Assembly (NCBI GenBank): GCA_030141605.1
Contig: JAQGDQ010000148.1
Coordinates: forward strand, 372,001 to 436,000
Direction: 5' to 3'
Length of the DNA: 64,000 nt
From: Tubiluchus corallicola
Lineage: Eukaryota > Animalia > Priapulida
A model generated the notes under the pieces. That model saw only the letters and a program-made list of their open reading frames with translations, searched no databases and was not told the DNA's origin. Each line of letters opens with the position of its first letter. Within the stretch, counting starts at the first letter, position 1. Below are positions 60,501 to 64,000 of the stretch, one piece after another. Both the position numbers and the translations under genes were made by a program.

Positions 60501-62118
60501 TATTGCAATTTATGATCAGAAAATGTATGAATATGTTAATTATTTTGGTAAAATATGCAGTTTTCCTTTTCATGATATTTTTACAATGTCAAATTGAAAA
60601 GTTAGCTGAAAAAAATTGTAAACAATTATTTATTGCTTTAGCACATTTTATACTAATTCAGTGCCATAGTGAGTGAACTACTTTTTTCTTTGAATAATAC
60701 TAAACATTTAAAGTAATGCACTTAGTTTAACAAAACTTTCTTGGGGCTGTTACTCTTGTCATAGAATTCAGAGTATAAACATTTTCTAATTATGTGAGTA
60801 TGGCCGTTTTGTACGACAAATAAATGTAAAAAGTATTTGTATATAGTTTAATTAAATCTTGTGTCTCATCATTAATAATGTAATGTAACATGATTAATTA
60901 TCTTGCGGTCATTGTACTTACCTGCTAGGCTCCCGTGCAGGTGCGATCAGCAGCGAGGCAAAGGGAGGTCGTTTCAAGTTTCTGAAAAGTTTAGGCTCTC
61001 GGACAGATTCTTCTAAAGACTCGACGTCTACATCCCTCACTGGAACTTTACTGAGGCGTAAACCGAAGGATGCTAAGCTCAGTGGTGAACAAGAGATGAG
61101 GAGCGATCTCTCATCTGATCATGGACCTGTGTTTCCGCAGATCAGCGTAACTGGTACGGGCCCTATTGCTAACTTGGAAATTTTTTGTGTCAATGACAAA
61201 ACAATGTAATTAGTAAATACATCAGTTTTGTCAACACATTAGTTTTGTCAAAGACTGAAAAAGTTTTCTGTTTTGTGGAAGAGATTGAAAATGTGCAATT
61301 GTTTACTAAGCTGAGCAGAACTGCCTGTTTCAAGTAGTTTTATCTCATTTGTATTAGGTACTGAGGGAGAAATGTTGATCCCGCCAGAAATGCCTCAGCA
61401 GAGCTCTATGCCAATTAAAAGACAGTCGATGGCAACTCCTAGCTCACCTCGTCGCAATCTTTCTGGCTCACTGAGTGTGCAGAGTCAGGATTCTATTGAC
61501 ATTGAGTTGGAGTTTGATCCTAATGCACCTGCCGATGTGGACGTGTACTTTTATGCTGTTAGGATATTTCCTGGACAGGTGGGCTGCTTTTCATTTGTAG
61601 CTCCTAGTAACACCCTCGGGAGTTGTAGCTATAGCTGCCGCTGCACAGTTTAAGAATTAAACGTTTCTTTTCTATGTAGTAGGTTTGCAATTTACTTTTG
61701 AGTAGTACATACTCCGTATTTGGAAAAATGATTGTAAAACATCATTTGTTCAAGCTAAATATCTTTCATTGTTTCTTTCACTTTTGCTTTATTTATTAAG
61801 TGTTTTAATTTTTGTAAATATTGTTGCACCAGTTGTTGTTCTGTTGAACCATGTACTGGTCTGACAAAATGTTAAAAAGTAGAGATAATTTTAGTCTGAA
61901 AACAGCTTTATCTGCACAATCTAAGTTCAGCATTTGTTATTTTTGATGACGAAATGCTGTAAATCTTAAGTGATCGTTTATTTTAAAATTTCACAGGATC
62001 CATTGCATGTCTTTGTTGGCTGGGTGTCGCCATCCTATCATTTCTTTAGCAGTCAGTTTGAGAAAAACTCTACTCGCAAGGTAGTTTTTGAACCACATGA
62101 AAGTGCAATCAAAAACAG
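30466..62118 (+). CDS. RyR: Ryanodine receptor, 5' part (gene span; 39 exons, about 1630 aa: N-terminal/MIR, RIH, SPRY1, RyR repeats 1-2, SPRY2, SPRY3); continues beyond the window
   Basis: In-frame GT-AG exon chain. Diagnostic motifs: [121 protein letters not shown]. Confidence 0.97.
31710..31841 (+). CDS. RyR: RyR exon 2
   Basis: DDTICLSC...[23 protein letters not shown]. Confidence 0.93.
33137..33732. repeat. dispersed direct duplication (~33137-33280 and ~33606-33732) in RyR intron 2
   Basis: gttttag.tttaacaggataa..attaaattt..gtgagaaaaatt.ggtcaaa.actg..gtgagtgagg.aggataacattt..gaggctttgggaa occurs twice. Confidence 0.8.
34150..34650 (-). mobile_element. LINE (CR1/L2-like) ORF2 C-terminal fragment, decayed
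   Basis: [17 protein letters not shown]...[32 protein letters not shown] matches the post-RT motif order of CR1-type LINEs. Confidence 0.7.
37544..37642 (+). CDS. RyR: RyR exon 3
   Basis: [26 protein letters not shown]. Confidence 0.93.
38304..38375 (+). CDS. RyR: RyR exon 4
   Basis: [24 protein letters not shown]. Confidence 0.93.
38795..38876 (+). CDS. RyR: RyR exon 5
   Basis: [27 protein letters not shown]. Confidence 0.93.
40501..40613 (+). CDS. RyR: RyR exon 6
   Basis: [37 protein letters not shown]. Confidence 0.95.
41567..41672 (+). CDS. RyR: RyR exon 7
   Basis: HTSK...[18 protein letters not shown]. Confidence 0.9.
42027..42111 (+). CDS. RyR: RyR exon 8
   Basis: [22 protein letters not shown]. 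Confidence 0.9.
42252..42329 (+). CDS. RyR: RyR exon 9
   Basis: [25 protein letters not shown]. Confidence 0.92.
42634..42790 (+). CDS. RyR: RyR exon 10
   Basis: [23 protein letters not shown]. Confidence 0.93.
43360..43482 (+). CDS. RyR: RyR exon 11
   Basis: [30 protein letters not shown]. Confidence 0.93.
44007..44176 (+). CDS. RyR: RyR exon 12
   Basis: [38 protein letters not shown]. Confidence 0.93.
44494..44683 (+). CDS. RyR: RyR exon 13
   Basis: [27 protein letters not shown]. Confidence 0.95.
44936..45071 (+). CDS. RyR: RyR exon 14
   Basis: [34 protein letters not shown]. Confidence 0.93.
46079..46180 (+). CDS. RyR: RyR exon 15
   Basis: [33 protein letters not shown]. Confidence 0.93.
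46345..46463 (+). CDS. RyR: RyR exon 16
   Basis: [39 protein letters not shown]. Confidence 0.95.
46464..46613. repeat. 21-bp minisatellite, 7 copies (gtacagtaatgcagtatgatt)
   Basis: units start at 46464, 46485, 46506, 46527, 46548, 46569 and 46590; only two single-base variants. Confidence 0.97.
46698..46831 (+). CDS. RyR: RyR exon 17
   Basis: [37 protein letters not shown]. Confidence 0.95.
47183..47285 (+). CDS. RyR: RyR exon 18 (SPRY1)
   Basis: [22 protein letters not shown]. Confidence 0.95.
47542..47677 (+). CDS. RyR: RyR exon 19 (SPRY1)
   Basis: [39 protein letters not shown]. Confidence 0.96.
48092..48284 (+). CDS. RyR: RyR exon 20 (SPRY1)
   Basis: [35 protein letters not shown]. 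Confidence 0.94.
48930..49140 (+). CDS. RyR: RyR exon 21
   Basis: [31 protein letters not shown]. Confidence 0.93.
49294..49398 (+). CDS. RyR: RyR exon 22 (RyR repeat 1)
   Basis: [33 protein letters not shown]. Confidence 0.95.
49683..49786 (+). CDS. RyR: RyR exon 23
   Basis: [34 protein letters not shown]. Confidence 0.93.
50134..50211 (+). CDS. RyR: RyR exon 24
   Basis: [25 protein letters not shown]. Confidence 0.9.
50336..50495 (+). CDS. RyR: RyR exon 25 (RyR repeat 2)
   Basis: [34 protein letters not shown]. Confidence 0.95.
50848..51001 (+). CDS. RyR: RyR exon 26
   Basis: [36 protein letters not shown]. Confidence 0.94.
51402..51492 (+). CDS. RyR: RyR exon 27
   Basis: [15 protein letters not shown]. 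Confidence 0.9.
52002..52776. mobile_element. Tc1/mariner(pogo)-type non-autonomous element, copy 2 (inverted relative to copy 1)
   Basis: TA|cagtaggtgccgcttaatagactc ... gagtctattaagcggtgcctcctg|TA; internal blocks are reverse complements of 25061-25950. Confidence 0.88.
52822..52942 (+). CDS. RyR: RyR exon 28 (SPRY2)
   Basis: [30 protein letters not shown]. Confidence 0.93.
53137..53233 (+). CDS. RyR: RyR exon 29 (SPRY2)
   Basis: [32 protein letters not shown]; NAGNAG acceptor (aagcag). Confidence 0.9.
53520..53600 (+). CDS. RyR: RyR exon 30
   Basis: [21 protein letters not shown]. Confidence 0.92.
54315..54438 (+). CDS. RyR: RyR exon 31
   Basis: [33 protein letters not shown]. Confidence 0.95.
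54601..54890 (+). mobile_element. degenerate tRNA-derived SINE
   Basis: A-box-like tgtagcctagtgatag and degenerate B-box (ctcgggcttaatactcgcc) at tRNA-like spacing, followed by a GC-richer body; no proper cloverleaf. Confidence 0.45.
54990..55094 (+). CDS. RyR: RyR exon 32
   Basis: [26 protein letters not shown]. Confidence 0.92.
55249..55680 (-). mobile_element. decayed LINE (RTE-like) reverse-transcriptase thumb fragment
   Basis: [29 protein letters not shown] resembles the YLGS..D.EI..RI.KA..AFG.L motif; many stops. Confidence 0.4.
55738..55866 (+). CDS. RyR: RyR exon 33
   Basis: [26 protein letters not shown]. Confidence 0.92.
56170..56243 (+). CDS. RyR: RyR exon 34 (divergent region)
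   Basis: ttttag|G...CAG|gtatgc; phase 2 to 1, open; [24 protein letters not shown]. Confidence 0.75.
56701..56739 (+). CDS. RyR: RyR exon 35 (39-nt symmetric cassette candidate)
   Basis: tcacag|AG...AGT|gtgagt; [12 protein letters not shown]. Confidence 0.65.
58750..58998 (+). CDS. RyR: RyR exon 36 (249-nt symmetric)
   Basis: ttacag|TG...CAG|gtatag; GC-richer than the flanks, open; [10 protein letters not shown]... Confidence 0.75.
60929..61153 (+). CDS. RyR: RyR exon 37 (225-nt symmetric)
   Basis: ctag|GC...CTG|gtacgg, open; second in-frame acceptor at 60941. Confidence 0.75.
61358..61578 (+). CDS. RyR: RyR exon 38 (end of divergent region, SPRY3 resumes)
   Basis: ...[15 protein letters not shown]|gtgggc. 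Confidence 0.9.
61997..62118 (+). CDS. RyR: RyR exon 39 (SPRY3)
   Basis: [21 protein letters not shown]; donor AG|gttagt (alternative donor possible at 62080). Confidence 0.87.
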
Positions 62119-64000
62119 GTTAGTATTTTGTGGATACGTTTTAGAGGTTATTATTTACATATTTCTTGTTGTATGAAAGCTTGAACTAGACGAATTTTAA
62201 TTAGTTAGGTAAGTGAACTTAACATATTTTAGCTAGCCTGATGCCATAGCCAAAATGCTTTATTTAATTTAAAATTTTATGGTATTGCACTTTAATAAAG
62301 TATTATGCACTTTTGCATGCTGTAATACACCAATTTATACTTTAACAGTAAATGTTAACAGTTTAACAGTTTATTTTTACTTAAACAAATAGTAAGTTAG
62401 AATTCAATAAACATAAAGTGTTAGTTTTAAGCAACTAATTTGTTTTGCACCTATTTTTTACTCTCTTTACAAGTCAGGTTTTAGGCACTCATTAAAATCG
62501 AGTCATTTTTTCCTCGTAATTGACAGTACTGCTTACAGACTTTTATAAAAGGGCTGAAACGAGCTGAGTAAAAAGAAACAGCTAAGGAAGGGAGAGAAAA
62601 AATATTCAAAGTCCTCATTTAAAAAGGAAAAAGATTGTTTATCATTTGTGTGGTGTGTTATTCTCATCTTCTTTTCATTCTTAGTAAGAATTTGTGCTAA
62701 CTCTTCTGAGGCTGAAACATGGATGTTATGAGGCATGACTGTTTTACAAATTTGCATGTGTATCTATACGATAGCTATACGAAAGAAACTTCTTATTACT
62801 TCCTTTTCTTTTTTTACATAGGCTAGCTTATGGAAAATTCATTTAATTCCTGTTTTAATATTTTTATTTTGTCATTAAGTTTCACTTCACTATTCTTCTC
62901 ACTGTAAACTATGATGTTATGTTTGCATGTTACATGCTTCACAGATTCTCTGTCTTTAATTCACAGTTTTTCAAACTACGCTGGCGGTGGGTACGTATAG
63001 TTGTGTGTTTCTATGTCATTTATTTTTTTGCTTTGCTGTCTGTTTTATTGCCCCTTACTGTATTAATTGTGTTTGCAGATCAAATCGCTACTCGAGTAAC
63101 GCTTAGTAACGGCCTTTATCATTATCACGGCACTGACTGCAGCTGTTGTATGTAGTTTTGATTGGAACATGACTAAATACAACTTAATTATGGTGTTTGT
63201 TGTTCTTATTAAAACTACATCCTTTACAATATTTTTCTGCTGGAAACACTACTGTCTAGTGAGCTTACTTGTCTCTATGGACAGTGTCTTATGAGTTCCT
63301 TTTTATTTTTATATTTTATAGTCTCTTTTTGCTACATTTTTTCTAGAAAATTAAAAATAAATAATAAATTTTGTTCTGAATATTTTATTCATATTCTTCT
63401 TTCGTTTATTTATCTAATTCACTCTGTTGTTGTTTTTTATATTTATTTCCTGCTGTCATGTCTTGTGAGTGGATTTTTCTATGCTCCTGCTATACTTTGC
63501 ATTAAATGTATTGCCATTGCCATTTTTATCCATCTGTGTTGCTTTAAAATAATATAAAGACTTTTGTAACTTTTAAAAAAATTGCTATGTCCTATGCTGT
63601 TCTTGCTAAAATATTATCTATTCACGTGGCCCAAGAGATGCTGTTAAATGTTAATTATTTCTACTAAAAACAATGTAGTAAGTTCTTAAGTCCTCGCTTA
63701 ACAGCTGTAACATAACACTGAGTCTCTACTGTAAGTCCATACTGTAAAATATTGAAGCAATTTTTTTCTAGTGTCAAATATAATATTTTTCTAACATAGG
63801 TTTCCAAATTTGGTTCTGATGTTATGAAATTTTCTGGTGTTCTGGGGTTTTATTTTTATTTTATTAGCTACCTGTGTTTTCTTGTTCTTGTGACAACATA
63901 GAATTCAAACAAAATCTCGATTGGACTAATGAACGACTAACTTCCTGAAAATACATTTATGTAAGCAGACAAATGTATCAGAACTGGTACTGAGCAGTCT

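Overview
AT-rich, intron-dense animal (invertebrate-like) genomic DNA, not prokaryotic. Most entries in the ORF track are exon fragments or noise. I assembled three spliced protein-coding genes by hand, with GT-AG junctions and consistent phases. (1) The last 7 coding exons of a DZANK1-like double zinc ribbon/ankyrin gene (+, 759-10763). (2) A complete BAHD1-like BAH-domain chromatin reader (-, 28996 to 14625, 9 exons, about 1306 aa), convergent with DZANK1. (3) The 5' part of a ryanodine receptor (+, ATG 30466, at least 39 exons, about 1630 codons in the window, running off the right edge), head-to-head with BAHD1 about 1.5 kb away. Introns carry many DNA-transposon relics: three hAT-like elements with 8-bp TSDs, two copies of a TA-flanked Tc1/mariner-type MITE, a THAP plus second-ORF PHIS/ISL2EU-like relic, and LINE/SINE fragments. 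The best leads are a hAT deletion derivative that keeps an open mini-transposase ORF, a frame-switching 19-nt micro-exon in BAHD1, and an expanded cassette-exon divergent region in RyR surrounded by Rbfox-type motifs. Gene identities come from recalled family motifs; no database search was run.
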